Source of the DNA: an uncultured virus (IMG/VR IMGVR_UViG_3300024358_000470)
Lineage: Duplodnaviria; Heunggongvirae; Uroviricota; Caudoviricetes
Strand: one strand, 5' to 3'
Length of the DNA: 64,000 bases
IMG/VR virus record: IMGVR_UViG_3300024358_000470
Both the position numbers and the translations under genes were made by a program. The notes under the pieces are model-generated. The model searched no databases, was not told the origin of the DNA, and saw only the letters and a program-made list of their open reading frames with translations. Below are positions 11,028 through 21,339 of the stretch, piece after piece. The number at the start of each line of letters is the position of its first letter. Within the stretch, counting starts at the first letter, position 1.

Positions 11028-11797
11028 TGGCAGTTGCTTATAATCCCGGCACAGTTACAAATGGTCTTGTATTAGCACTTGATGCTGGAAATACAAAGAG
11101 TTATCCCGGAAGTGGAGCGACTTGGACCGATTTGAGTGGTAATAGTAATACTGGAACTTTAACTAATGGTCCTACTTACAATAGTTCTAATGGTGGATCT
11201 ATTGTTTTTGATGGAGTTGATGATTATGTAACAAATGGCAATTCCAGTTTTACAATTGCTAATAATCTTTTTGCAGATACAAATGGATCTTGGAGTGTTT
11301 CTGCTTGGTTTAAATTTCCAGTTTCTCCAACACAATCAAGAAGTGATGCATTGAATGGTGGAAATTGTTCTTATCATATTTTCGGAAGAAGTGGCGGTAT
11401 TGCAACTGGAGCGACATTTGGAATATTTGTTGCTGGAACATCTACTGTTTATGGCACAAATACAAATAAATGTGTTGCTGCTATTAGGGGCACAAATACC
11501 CCAATATCAAACACATTAGTAAATACAAACACTTGGTATAATGCAGTAGTAACTTGGAATGGTTCTGTTGCTTATGGGTATCTAAATGCATCTTCACCAA
11601 CAACTTTAACAGTTGGAACTGCTACAGTGCAAATATACAATATTGATATTGGTAATACTGCATCATTAAATACACCATCTACAGGGTATCATAATTTTGA
11701 GGGATCAATAAGTAATGTTCAAGTTTATAATAGAGCTCTAACAACAGCAGAAATTTCACAAAACTTTAATGCACTTAGAGGGAGGTTTGAAATCTAA
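11027..11797 (+). CDS. LamG/ConA-like lectin domain protein
   Basis: GLVLALDAG...WTDLSGN...FDGVDDYV...WYNAVVTW...VYNRALTTAEISQNFNA, the phage LamG pattern. Confidence 0.8.
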   Translation: MAVAYNPGTVTNGLVLALDAGNTKSYPGSGATWTDLSGNSNTGTLTNGPTYNSSNGGSIVFDGVDDYVTNGNSSFTIANNLFADTNGSWSVSAWFKFPVSPTQSRSDALNGGNCSYHIFGRSGGIATGATFGIFVAGTSTVYGTNTNKCVAAIRGTNTPISNTLVNTNTWYNAVVTWNGSVAYGYLNASSPTTLTVGTATVQIYNIDIGNTASLNTPSTGYHNFEGSISNVQVYNRALTTAEISQNFNALRGRFEI

Positions 11798-13326
11798 TGG
11801 GACTCTCTCATTCGCCACAGATAGTAACACGAAATTTGTTACTCAACTTGGACTTCGGAAACATTCAGAAATGCTATAATGGCAGTGAAAATTTAATAAC
11901 TTACAGTGAAGACATATCGCAGAATAGTTTCTCAAGTGACGTATCAATAACAACAAATAGCATTGTTTCTCCTAACGGAACATTAACTGCAGATACTTTA
12001 ACTTCAACCACAAATGGAGGTTCAAATACTTGCAATGTCGATAAAAACTTAGTAGTAACTACAAATACAAACTATACATTTTCAGTTTTTCTTAAGTCTG
12101 GAACTAGTCCAAAAAGTACAATAAATTTATATTTTACTGTAGGAACTTTTAGGCAGGCAGTTTTAGAGATTACTTGGGGTTCCAGTCCAACAACATATTT
12201 AACCACAACTGCGGGAACAACTGCAACTTCACAACTAATTCAATATCCAGATGGTTGGTATAGAGCAATTGTTACCTATAATAGTGGAGATAATACTGGA
12301 GCGGTTTCTAGAGTTTATGTAAGAGATCAAGGAACTTCCAATGTCTCTGGACACAATGTTTATGTGTGGGGATGGCAAGTCGAAAGGGGGTCGCAAGCAT
12401 CAGCATCACCATATGTTCAAACAGTAGCATCAACAGTCACAAGACCAACAACAGCAACATCAACAATCTCAAACTATTCTCATACAATTAATCAACCACA
12501 ATATATCTCTTACGATGCAACAACTAACTCTATAAGATTTGATCGCAATGAAACCTTTGCAGACTTTACTGGATCTATTTCAGGAACAGTTCTTACAGTA
12601 TCTGCAGTTTCAAGTGGAACCATTACAAATGGAATGGCACTATCATACACCGGATTAACACCAGCTCTTACAATTTCATCGTTTGGAACGGGAACTGGTG
12701 GAGCAGGAACTTATAACTTAAGTGCCAATATGGGAACCGTAACTTCTAGGGCAATGACTGGTGCATATAAGATTGGTGGTAATATGAGTGTAACTGCTTC
12801 TGGTGCTCTTGCTTCCAATACATATCTGTATAATGACCATACGACAGAAGTGTGGGCAAGAATTAATGATAGAAATCCAACACTATACGATACTTGTGAG
12901 GGAGAAAGTGTTTTAGTCACTTATCGAGGATACCACAGTATGTTTTTATATAATGCCAGTTCTTTGTTGTATTATATTTGGGATAATACCGGACCAACAA
13001 TAAAAAATCTAACGAGTTTATCTTTAGGAACATCCGGAACTGACATTATTGAAGGTCAATGGTTTCATGTTGCAGTAACAAAATCTGGGACTACTTTTAA
13101 GACATATTTAAATGGAGTTCTTAAGAAAACTGATACCTTAACATCTACTGCTTTTTCTGGAACTAGTGATGATTTAAGATTAGGTGGTGCGGGAGATGGA
13201 AATACTGGTGCCTTTTATTACTATTCAGAAAACAATGTTGGATGCGTAAAAATGTATAATGCTGCATTGAGTGCTGATGAAATTTCACAAAATTTTAACG
13301 CATTAAGAGGGAGGTTTGGAATCTAA
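11797..13326 (+). CDS. LamG-like lectin protein with inserted carbohydrate-binding-like module
   Basis: C-terminal WFHVAVT...YLNG...MYNAALSADEISQNFNALRGRFGI; internal NLITYSE...DGWYR...VWGWQVE module. Confidence 0.75.
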   Translation: MGLSHSPQIVTRNLLLNLDFGNIQKCYNGSENLITYSEDISQNSFSSDVSITTNSIVSPNGTLTADTLTSTTNGGSNTCNVDKNLVVTTNTNYTFSVFLKSGTSPKSTINLYFTVGTFRQAVLEITWGSSPTTYLTTTAGTTATSQLIQYPDGWYRAIVTYNSGDNTGAVSRVYVRDQGTSNVSGHNVYVWGWQVERGSQASASPYVQTVASTVTRPTTATSTISNYSHTINQPQYISYDATTNSIRFDRNETFADFTGSISGTVLTVSAVSSGTITNGMALSYTGLTPALTISSFGTGTGGAGTYNLSANMGTVTSRAMTGAYKIGGNMSVTASGALASNTYLYNDHTTEVWARINDRNPTLYDTCEGESVLVTYRGYHSMFLYNASSLLYYIWDNTGPTIKNLTSLSLGTSGTDIIEGQWFHVAVTKSGTTFKTYLNGVLKKTDTLTSTAFSGTSDDLRLGGAGDGNTGAFYYYSENNVGCVKMYNAALSADEISQNFNALRGRFGI

Positions 13327-14534
13327 TGGGAGTTTATAGCGGTCCAGATACATCAGAGACGGGGTTGGTTCTTGCACTTGATCCAGCAAATAAGAAATCT
13401 TATTCTCAAAATGAGTTTCAATATTCTACTGATATTTTTACTTGGTGCTCAACCGCTGGTTTAAATGCTTGTACAATTTCAAGAGATACAATAAGTTCTC
13501 CAGTTGGCAATACTCCACTGAAAATGGCAGTAACTGGAAATGACCCACATATAGGAACTTACAATAGTTCTACTTGGAATATTGCACCAGCAGCAAATGG
13601 ACAGACTTGGGTTGTAAGTGTTTATGTCAAAGCAGATGTTGCAACAACTGGACAAATTTTTATATTTGGTGCCAATAGTTCAGGTACAGGATTTGTTAAT
13701 GGTGCATGGTTAACAATAACATCAACAACTTTTAATATTACTACAGAATGGACAAGAGTGAATTATTATGTAACAATGGCTGATGCGACCATTGCTTATA
13801 TTCATGTAAGATTAGATGGACCAGACACTGGCGGAACTGGACAAACTATATGGTGGGATGGTCTTCAAGTAGAAAGAGTGCCATCAGGAACAACTACACC
13901 AACTTCATTTACATCAAGTTATTATGGAGGCAGTGTTTTTAGAGACTTGAGTGGTAATAGTAATACCGGAACTTTGACAAATGGCCCATTTTACAGCGGT
14001 TCTAATGGAGGAACTCTTGTTTTTGATGGCAGTAATGATCACATTGTTCCAACTGGATTAACTGATTCTTTTTTTCAAGGAAACTGGACTATCAGTTTTT
14101 GGGTAAATTTTGATACTATAAACACAACTAGCGTTGATTCTAGTGATAAAGTTTTATTGCAACATGGTTCATTTGGTACAAGAACTGCTCTTCATTTAAA
14201 TCAAAGAAATAGTCGTCTTTATTTTGGAATGTTTTTTGATGATCTATCTGGGACAAGAACTTTAAGTACTGGAACATGGTATCATATTGTTTTTACATTA
14301 AACAACACAACATATGCAAAAAGAATTTATATAAATGGTGTTTTGGACAACTCTCACACTGGGGGAGGTGCTTATACTGGTACTGGTAATAATGCAAAAA
14401 TTGGACAGAGCGTTAGTGCAAACGGAGTAAATTTTGATGGATTTATGAGTTCATGTGTTTTTTATAATCGCGTTCTTTCAGCATCAGAAGTTCAACAGAA
14501 CTTTAATGCTACTCGTGGAAGATTTGGTGTTTAA
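13326..14534 (+). CDS. LamG-like lectin protein with inserted CBM-like module
   Basis: GLVLALD...[insert]...DLSGNSNTGTLTNG...WYHIVFT...YINGVL...YNRVLSASEVQQNFNA. Confidence 0.78.
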   Translation: MGVYSGPDTSETGLVLALDPANKKSYSQNEFQYSTDIFTWCSTAGLNACTISRDTISSPVGNTPLKMAVTGNDPHIGTYNSSTWNIAPAANGQTWVVSVYVKADVATTGQIFIFGANSSGTGFVNGAWLTITSTTFNITTEWTRVNYYVTMADATIAYIHVRLDGPDTGGTGQTIWWDGLQVERVPSGTTTPTSFTSSYYGGSVFRDLSGNSNTGTLTNGPFYSGSNGGTLVFDGSNDHIVPTGLTDSFFQGNWTISFWVNFDTINTTSVDSSDKVLLQHGSFGTRTALHLNQRNSRLYFGMFFDDLSGTRTLSTGTWYHIVFTLNNTTYAKRIYINGVLDNSHTGGGAYTGTGNNAKIGQSVSANGVNFDGFMSSCVFYNRVLSASEVQQNFNATRGRFGV

Positions 14535-14567
14535 TTTTTTTGTAGTTTCAGATAAATACCTATAAAT

Positions 14568-14645
14568 CTTGTGGGTGTATTGATTGAAGCAATTAAAGAA
14601 CAACAGGTTCGTATCGAAGAGTTGGAGAAAAAGTTAAATGCCTAA
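14568..14645 (+). pseudogene. Orphan fragment of a tail-fibre S74 chaperone C-terminus (LVGVLIEAIKEQQVRIEELEKKLNA*)
   Basis: Translation matches the C-terminus of 4821..11027 (IVGVLIEAIKEQQ). The stop overlaps the ATG at 14638. The upstream S74 domain is absent. Confidence 0.75.
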
Positions 14646-15822
14646 TCAGTTTTTCTCACCAGAAGGAGATTTGGAAAATTATTTTGTCACTGAATCTTGG
14701 TTGATAGACCAGTGGGTTGGTGATGAATTATGGACTTGGGGGCGTAATGATGTTAGCCAATTGGGAATCAACGCTACTGGTAATAGATCTACTCCAGTTA
14801 CTACATTTGCTGGAGGAACCAACTGGAAACAAGTTGCCGGTGGATTTAAAAATAAAGCAGCAATAAAAACTGATGGGACTTTATGGACTTGGGGAATTAA
14901 TTCCTTTGGAATATTAGGAGACAATACATCAGTCACAAAATCAACCCCAGTCACTACATTTGCTGGAGGAACCAACTGGAGACAAGTTTCTTCTGCACAA
15001 TATCATGCAGCAGCAATAAAAACTGATGGAACTTTGTGGTGTTGGGGACTGAATCAGTATTCACAAATAGGAATTAACGCCACAGGTGCCAGAAGTACTC
15101 CAGTCACTACATTTTCTGGAGGAACTAACTGGAAACAAGTTTCTTGTGGAGGTGGCCATATTGCAGCAACTAAAACCGATGGAACTCTATGGCTTTGGGG
15201 ACGCAATTCATTCGGAGGAATAGGAGATAATACCACAGTCCATAGATCAACCCCAGTCACAACATTCGCCGGAGGAACCAACTGGAAACAAGTTTCTGGT
15301 GGCGGTGTTTTCACGGCAGCAATTAAAACCGATGGGACTTTATGGCTTTGGGGTTATAATAATTATGGGAATTTGGGAGACAATACAACAATCCAAAAAA
15401 ACACTCCAATCACAACATTTACTGGAGGAACCAACTGGAAACAAGTTTCTTCTGGAGGATATCATACAGCAGCAATTAAAACTAATGGAACCTTATGGAC
15501 TTGGGGTTATGGTGCTAGAGGTGAATTGGGAGATAATACGATAACCCTCAAAAAATCAATTCCATCAACAACATTTTCTGGAGGAACTAACTGGAAACAA
15601 ATTTCTGGTGGAGATTCTCATACCGCAGCAATTAAAACTGATGGAACCTTATGGATCTGGGGTTCATCTGCTTATGCTCAACTTGGAGCCAATGATTCAA
15701 TTCAAAAAAATACTCCAGTTACTTCTTTTGCAGGAGGAACTAACTGGAAACAAGTTTCTGCAGAATTTCGACATACATCAGCAGTCTTCTCTGGAACCAC
15801 ACCAGACCTACCAATATCATAA
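14638..15822 (+). CDS. RCC1/BLIP-II-like 7-bladed beta-propeller protein
   Basis: Seven ~52-aa repeats HxAAIKTDGTLWxWGxNxxGxLG...TPVTTFAGGTNWKQV. Confidence 0.88.
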   Translation: MPNQFFSPEGDLENYFVTESWLIDQWVGDELWTWGRNDVSQLGINATGNRSTPVTTFAGGTNWKQVAGGFKNKAAIKTDGTLWTWGINSFGILGDNTSVTKSTPVTTFAGGTNWRQVSSAQYHAAAIKTDGTLWCWGLNQYSQIGINATGARSTPVTTFSGGTNWKQVSCGGGHIAATKTDGTLWLWGRNSFGGIGDNTTVHRSTPVTTFAGGTNWKQVSGGGVFTAAIKTDGTLWLWGYNNYGNLGDNTTIQKNTPITTFTGGTNWKQVSSGGYHTAAIKTNGTLWTWGYGARGELGDNTITLKKSIPSTTFSGGTNWKQISGGDSHTAAIKTDGTLWIWGSSAYAQLGANDSIQKNTPVTSFAGGTNWKQVSAEFRHTSAVFSGTTPDLPIS

Positions 15823-15839
15823 ATACTTAAAAAATTGCT

Positions 15840-16508
15840 ATGGAAATCGCACTTATTCATAATAATTCATTAGAACTTGGCCCAATGGGATTTAATGTGA
15901 AATACATTAATGCCGATTTGGAAGACCTTGAAGTAGAAGAAAGAATTTCTCCACAAAGTTATACAGACCTTCCAATTCATTTTAGTGATGGTCTTACACA
16001 TCTTCTGCCAATTGAAAAAGTAATTCCAGAACATGATCCAAAGTATCACAACATCGGAAATCTTACTTGGGAAATTATTGAAGAAGATGGTACTCCAATC
16101 AAAGTAGTATTTACTTATCCAATTATTGATAAGAGTCTAGAAGAAGTCAAAGTAATTCGTAAGCAAGAAGTTGCTCCATATAGAAAAGAAAAAGAAAATA
16201 CGACAATTGCCTTAGATATTAATGGTAATTCAGTTCAAGTATCAACTTCAAGAGAAGAAAGGTTGATGCTAGCAAGTAAGTTAAGTGCAGCACCAGGTCC
16301 TCATAATTATAAGTTTGCCAATGCTTGGTTAGAAGTTACCACAGAAAATCTTCAAACTATTATCAGTGAAATTGATAAAGTAGTTCAAGATGCATTTGAT
16401 TGGGAACTTGCAAAACTTCAAGAGATTGATGCTTGCACGACAATTGATGAGGTTTATGATGTGATTGTGAGAGAACTTCCAGAAATTCCTCAACCACCAA
16501 TAGAGTGA
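15840..16508 (+). CDS. Tail-fibre-associated/assembly-like protein (DUF4376-like C-terminus)
   Basis: C-terminal VQDAFDWE...EIDACTTIDEV helix pattern. Lies between fibre-associated genes, with ATAAATA at 15819. Confidence 0.5.
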   Translation: MEIALIHNNSLELGPMGFNVKYINADLEDLEVEERISPQSYTDLPIHFSDGLTHLLPIEKVIPEHDPKYHNIGNLTWEIIEEDGTPIKVVFTYPIIDKSLEEVKVIRKQEVAPYRKEKENTTIALDINGNSVQVSTSREERLMLASKLSAAPGPHNYKFANAWLEVTTENLQTIISEIDKVVQDAFDWELAKLQEIDACTTIDEVYDVIVRELPEIPQPPIE

Positions 16509-16509
16509 T

Positions 16510-17715
16510 ATGCCAAATCCAGTAACTAATTTTGGGGATAGTTTTGGAACTGACCTTGGTAATAAATTAATTACCAAAGAATACTTAATGAGTGTTTATC
16601 CAAATATTGCTCAACAAATTGGAAAGACTCCGGAGTTGTGGTCTTGGGGATACGGTAATAGTGGAGTTTTGGGAGATAATACAACAACCAATAAATCAAC
16701 CCCAATCACAACATTATCAGGAGGATCTAACTGGAAGCAAGTTTTTGCAGGAAGATTTCATACTGTAGCAACCAAGACTGATGGAACTTTGTGGACTTGG
16801 GGCAATAATAGTGGTGGTAGACTTGGAGACAATACAACAATTAACAAACTTACTCCCGTCACAACATTTGCAGGAGGAACTGATTGGAAATATTTGAGTG
16901 TAGGACTCAATAATACGATGGCAATAAAAACTGACGGAACTTTATGGATTTGGGGTCCAGGGGGATTTGGTAGACTTGGTGACAATACGGCAACAAACAA
17001 ACTTACCCCCGTCACAACATTTGCAGGAGGAACTAATTGGAGAACAGTTAGTGGCGGATATCGTCATGTCATAGCAACCAAGACTGATGGGACTTTATGG
17101 ACTTGGGGGGATGGAACTTACGGACAACTTGGAATTAATAGTACAGTTGCAATATCTACTCCAGTCACAACACTTGCTGGAGGAACTAATTGGAGAAGTG
17201 TCCATGCTTTCTTTCATCATAATGTCGCAATAAAGACTGATGGAACTTTATGGACTTTTGGACGCGGAGCACAGGGGCAAATAGGAGATGGTGGATTCAC
17301 CAACAGATGTACTCCAGTTACAACATTTGCTGGAGGGAACAACTGGAAGCAAGCTTCTGCTGGAGATACCCATACAGCGGCAGTGAAGAATGACGGAACT
17401 TTATGGTCTTGGGGTTATGCTAGTTTTGGAAGACTCGGAAATGGGGGCACATCTGGCAATTTTACAACTCCAGTTACAACATTTGCAGGGGGAACTAGCT
17501 GGAAACAAGTTTCTACTGGCGAGGGTCATACAGTAGCAACCAAGACTGATGGGACTTTATGGACTTGGGGTAGTGGTAATAGTGGAAGACTTGGAACTAA
17601 TGACACAATTACTAGATCCACTCCAGTCACAACAGTTATTGGAGGGACCAATTGGAAACAAGTTTCAGCTGGAGGTGGTCATATAGCGACAATTAAAAGC
17701 TCTGACAATTTATGA
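16510..17715 (+). CDS. RCC1/BLIP-II-like 7-bladed beta-propeller protein
   Basis: Seven repeats of KTDGTLWTWG...LGDN...TPVTTFAGGTNW. Confidence 0.88.
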   Translation: MPNPVTNFGDSFGTDLGNKLITKEYLMSVYPNIAQQIGKTPELWSWGYGNSGVLGDNTTTNKSTPITTLSGGSNWKQVFAGRFHTVATKTDGTLWTWGNNSGGRLGDNTTINKLTPVTTFAGGTDWKYLSVGLNNTMAIKTDGTLWIWGPGGFGRLGDNTATNKLTPVTTFAGGTNWRTVSGGYRHVIATKTDGTLWTWGDGTYGQLGINSTVAISTPVTTLAGGTNWRSVHAFFHHNVAIKTDGTLWTFGRGAQGQIGDGGFTNRCTPVTTFAGGNNWKQASAGDTHTAAVKNDGTLWSWGYASFGRLGNGGTSGNFTTPVTTFAGGTSWKQVSTGEGHTVATKTDGTLWTWGSGNSGRLGTNDTITRSTPVTTVIGGTNWKQVSAGGGHIATIKSSDNL

Positions 17716-17749
17716 GGTATCTAAATACCTACAAAATAAATTATTCAAT

Positions 17750-19099
17750 ATGAACCCACTTGAATTGGTAGCAAAGACATTATATTCATTTAAAGAACAG
17801 CAACTAACATTCGAATTACTTGATGCCTTTGGAAAACAAGCACAAGTTTTTTCTCAATATAATGATGTAGCAAAAATATTTTTTGAACTTAAGAACTTCT
17901 CCAAGGCAATTGAGTATGGAGAAAAGTCTCTCAAATTAGCACAAACAAAAGAAGAAAAATATACGACCTCTATGAATTTGATTAATGCATATAATCAATC
18001 AAATCATCCAGAGAAATCTATTACCCAAATTGATAAGTGCAAGAAGATAAATCCGCAAGATACTGAATTGCTTCTTGAGGAAACCTTCGCGTATTCTGCA
18101 CTCAATCAAAAAGAGAAGTCAGAAAAACTACTCTTCAATCTTCTCAAATATAAACTACCAGAAGAGATTGAAAGAAAAGCATATCATAATCTATCAGGAC
18201 ATTATTTCCGTAAGGATGATATTCATACGGGACTTCAACACTTTCTCAAAGCAGGGGAAGTAGAAGCATATAAGAATCAAAAACATCCCGATTTTGAAAA
18301 ATGGGATGGAACAGTGACGCCAGGAAGAACGATCATTGTAGATAATCAATGTGGCGCCGGTGATGAAGTCATTCATATTCGGTTTATGAAACACCTCAAA
18401 GACTTGGGAATGAAACCAATTTGGAGTTCTACTCGCAGAGAACTTGTAGAACTCTTCAAACATAATGGATATGATGCTGTTTGTATTTGGGATAAACCAG
18501 AGTTTCCTAAAGATGCTTTCTGGGTTTATGGTCTGGCACTTCCATATTATCTCAATCTGCAACTCAAAGATATGGGAAGAGAACCTTATCTCCAAACACT
18601 CCCAGAATACGATAAGAAATGGGAGTGGATAAAAGAAGACACTGGATATAAGGTTGGAATGTTCTGGGCTTCTAGTTCTGGGTTCGAGCAGAACACTTTC
18701 CGTTCAGTAGAACTCAAAGACTATATGAGTGTTCTTGGAAACAAAGGATACTCACTTTATTCACTTCAAACTCACAGTGATAATAAGGATGCCAATGAGT
18801 ATCCCGAAATCAAACAATCACTATCAGTTCCTAATAGAGAATATGCCGACACATTCTCAATCATCAAGAACCTTGATTTGGTAGTGACTTCTTGTAGTTT
18901 TGTGGCACATGTAGCAGCATCAATGGGTAAAGAAGTCTGTGTCTTTGTTCCTATTATGGAATATTATGTTTGGACTTCCTCTACAGGAAAGTGTATGTGG
19001 TATGGAGATAATATTCATCTGTTCCGACAAAAGAAACCAAGAAACTGGGATGAACCACTGAAGCAACTAGGAGAGTTTTTGAATGATAGAGGAATATAA
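17750..19099 (+). CDS. TPR-repeat protein with GT9-like (GT-B) glycosyltransferase C-terminal domain
   Basis: N-terminal TPR-like helices; WDG...GAGDEVIHIRF; LDLVVTSCSFVAHVAASMGK; WYGDNIHLFRQ. Confidence 0.75.
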   Translation: MNPLELVAKTLYSFKEQQLTFELLDAFGKQAQVFSQYNDVAKIFFELKNFSKAIEYGEKSLKLAQTKEEKYTTSMNLINAYNQSNHPEKSITQIDKCKKINPQDTELLLEETFAYSALNQKEKSEKLLFNLLKYKLPEEIERKAYHNLSGHYFRKDDIHTGLQHFLKAGEVEAYKNQKHPDFEKWDGTVTPGRTIIVDNQCGAGDEVIHIRFMKHLKDLGMKPIWSSTRRELVELFKHNGYDAVCIWDKPEFPKDAFWVYGLALPYYLNLQLKDMGREPYLQTLPEYDKKWEWIKEDTGYKVGMFWASSSGFEQNTFRSVELKDYMSVLGNKGYSLYSLQTHSDNKDANEYPEIKQSLSVPNREYADTFSIIKNLDLVVTSCSFVAHVAASMGKEVCVFVPIMEYYVWTSSTGKCMWYGDNIHLFRQKKPRNWDEPLKQLGEFLNDRGI

Positions 19100-19541
19100 T
19101 CTTTCTTTTTTAAATCTAAATACCATCAAGAGCAAACTTCTTGAAATAGAAACTGCTTCTCACGGACTTATAACAAAAGGTGTTTCTACTTATAATCATG
19201 GAATGCCTACTTTAATGTATTCAGAACTGACTGGATTAAGAAATGTTCTTAAGCAATATGTTAGACTGTATTGTAATAAGTATGAGATTTCACCTCTAAA
19301 GTTTATCAATAGTTGGTTCAATATCTCACAACCAGGAAATAAACTCAAAGCACATAATCATGGAGAAAGTATTATAAGTGGAGCATTTTATATTTCTGGA
19401 AGCACTCCACTCATTTTTCCAGATACATCAATTAAACCTTATCCTGGATTGTTGGTTATCTTCTCAAGTGATTTAGTTCATTATACGGAAGAAGAAACAG
19501 AAGAAAGAATTATTATTAGTTTTAATACAGATTACTTATGA
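19083..19541 (+). CDS. Putative 2OG-Fe(II) oxygenase
   Basis: SWFN...HNH...ISGAFY...PGLLVIFSSDLVHYT...RIIISFN (HxH...H...RxxxSFN). Confidence 0.75.
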   Translation: MIEEYNLSFLNLNTIKSKLLEIETASHGLITKGVSTYNHGMPTLMYSELTGLRNVLKQYVRLYCNKYEISPLKFINSWFNISQPGNKLKAHNHGESIISGAFYISGSTPLIFPDTSIKPYPGLLVIFSSDLVHYTEEETEERIIISFNTDYL

Positions 19542-20326
19542 AATTTTTATTTTTAGTCGGTTCAGCACTCAAACATTTTAAAGAGGATGAGTTTAGTGCT
19601 TATAATGAAGAACAGAGATTCAATCAAACATTAGAAACGATTGAATGTATTCGTAAGAAAGTTTCAGAGTCTTATGTGGTTTTATTTGAGTGTTCTTCTA
19701 AACCTATTGATGAGAAACAAAAAGATATTCTTAAAGAAAAATCAGATTTGTTTTTAGAGTTTTATGATGAACCAGTACTAAAGCAAATTTATGAAAATCT
19801 TGAAGAAAGACCAGAATTGATTACTTATGGCAAATCATTGTTGGAAACAAGAGGATTACTCAATACTCTTTATGAAATTAAACAGCACAATCTATTCACT
19901 GATAGTCAAAGAGTTTTTAAACTTACTGGTAGATACTTATTGAATGATCATTTTGATATTAAAGATTATGAAAGTAAGTTTCTGGAAGGAAAATATATTG
20001 TAAAAAAATACGATTATCTTTTGGAAGAAGGTGAAAGTTTCAATGAAAGTAATCTTGAAAATGTCTATGCATACTTATATGGTGCAAAAGGTATGATGAA
20101 TACTGGTCTTTGGTCTTTTGATAGAGTTTTATTTAATGAAGCGGTTGAGGCTCTTGAAGGGGCATTTACTTATATGGAAAAAATGATACAATTTACTTCT
20201 GGAACTGATGTAGAACATTCACTTTATCGATTTATAAACAAGAACAATATCATTAGTGTTCCAAATCTTGGTCTTACAATGGTAAAGGGGATGTCTGGCG
20301 AAAATGGTGGGGTGTATCATACATGA
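19538..20326 (+). CDS. Hypothetical protein, glycosyltransferase-like
   Basis: RFNQTLETIECIR...FKLTGRY...DVEH motifs; glycan-island context. Confidence 0.4.
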   Translation: MKFLFLVGSALKHFKEDEFSAYNEEQRFNQTLETIECIRKKVSESYVVLFECSSKPIDEKQKDILKEKSDLFLEFYDEPVLKQIYENLEERPELITYGKSLLETRGLLNTLYEIKQHNLFTDSQRVFKLTGRYLLNDHFDIKDYESKFLEGKYIVKKYDYLLEEGESFNESNLENVYAYLYGAKGMMNTGLWSFDRVLFNEAVEALEGAFTYMEKMIQFTSGTDVEHSLYRFINKNNIISVPNLGLTMVKGMSGENGGVYHT

Positions 20327-20979
20327 AGTTAGCAGTTTTTTATCATACATTTCAAAATGAAATTTCCGCATTTATCTACCAACAACAGATTAATCGATTA
20401 TTTGTATCTGGTCTAATGAATAAAATAGATCATTTTCATATTGGAGTAAATGGCAGCCAAGAAATGTTTTATATACCAACAAAAGCAAAAGTCGTTTACA
20501 ATAAAAATTGGACAGAAGAAACGGAAACGATGATTGCATTAAAAGATTTTGCGCATGAAAATCCGGATTATAAAATTTTGTATTTTCACACTAAGGGAGC
20601 AAGCAAAGGAACTTTGATTGCAAATGCTTGGAGATTGATGATGGAGTATTTTGTAATTGATAGGTGGAAAGAGTGTGTGGAAATGTTGGATGAATATGAT
20701 TGTGTTGGTTCAAATCTAAATTCTGTGGGAGAAACTTTATGGTCTGATGGTACAACCACCAAACCATTAGAAGGAACTTATAATTTTACTGGAAATTTTT
20801 GGTGGTCCAATGCCAAACATATCCAAACACTAGACCATAAGTTTCTTTATAGTGATTATCGTATAGATAGAGAACTTTGGATTGGAAGTAATCCAAATTC
20901 AAATCCAAAAACAATATACCAACCGGGAATTTTTGATTCATATACTTACTATTATAAGGAGGATGATTATGTTTCGTGA
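20323..20979 (+). CDS. Hypothetical protein, GT-A-like
   Basis: LYFHTKG...WRLMMEYF...GNFWW...RELWIG pattern; glycan-island context. Confidence 0.45.
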   Translation: MKLAVFYHTFQNEISAFIYQQQINRLFVSGLMNKIDHFHIGVNGSQEMFYIPTKAKVVYNKNWTEETETMIALKDFAHENPDYKILYFHTKGASKGTLIANAWRLMMEYFVIDRWKECVEMLDEYDCVGSNLNSVGETLWSDGTTTKPLEGTYNFTGNFWWSNAKHIQTLDHKFLYSDYRIDRELWIGSNPNSNPKTIYQPGIFDSYTYYYKEDDYVS

Positions 20980-21334
20980 ATGTGGAGAATGTACTGCTTG
21001 TTGTACTTGGTTGATTGGTGATGCTTTTGCTTGGGAGTTTGGTGCAGGAAAGTCTTGTAAGTATCTGGAATGTAATGGTTGTGGAGTTCATAAGGCACGA
21101 CCAGAATCTTGTAGAGACTATCAATGTGCTTGGACGCAGCATTTACTACCAGAAGAAATGCGACCTGATAAGTGTGATGTTCTGGTCTCTGTTGAGGGAA
21201 GTGGAGATGGTCAATATCTAAAAGTTCTTCCAATAAATAATAAAGAAATGAATTCTGAAGTTAAACAATATCTTCAAAACTGGAGTGAAAAAATGAATAC
21301 TCCAGTTGTTTTTGTAGAGATTCCTCCAAAATAA
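20969..21334 (+). CDS. CxxCxxCC (YkgJ/FliB-like) Fe-S/Zn-cluster protein
   Basis: RECGECTACC...CKYL..CGVHKARPESCRDYQCAW. Start reassigned to the ATG at 20969. Confidence 0.72.
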   Translation: MFRECGECTACCTWLIGDAFAWEFGAGKSCKYLECNGCGVHKARPESCRDYQCAWTQHLLPEEMRPDKCDVLVSVEGSGDGQYLKVLPINNKEMNSEVKQYLQNWSEKMNTPVVFVEIPPK

Positions 21335-21339
21335 AAGAA

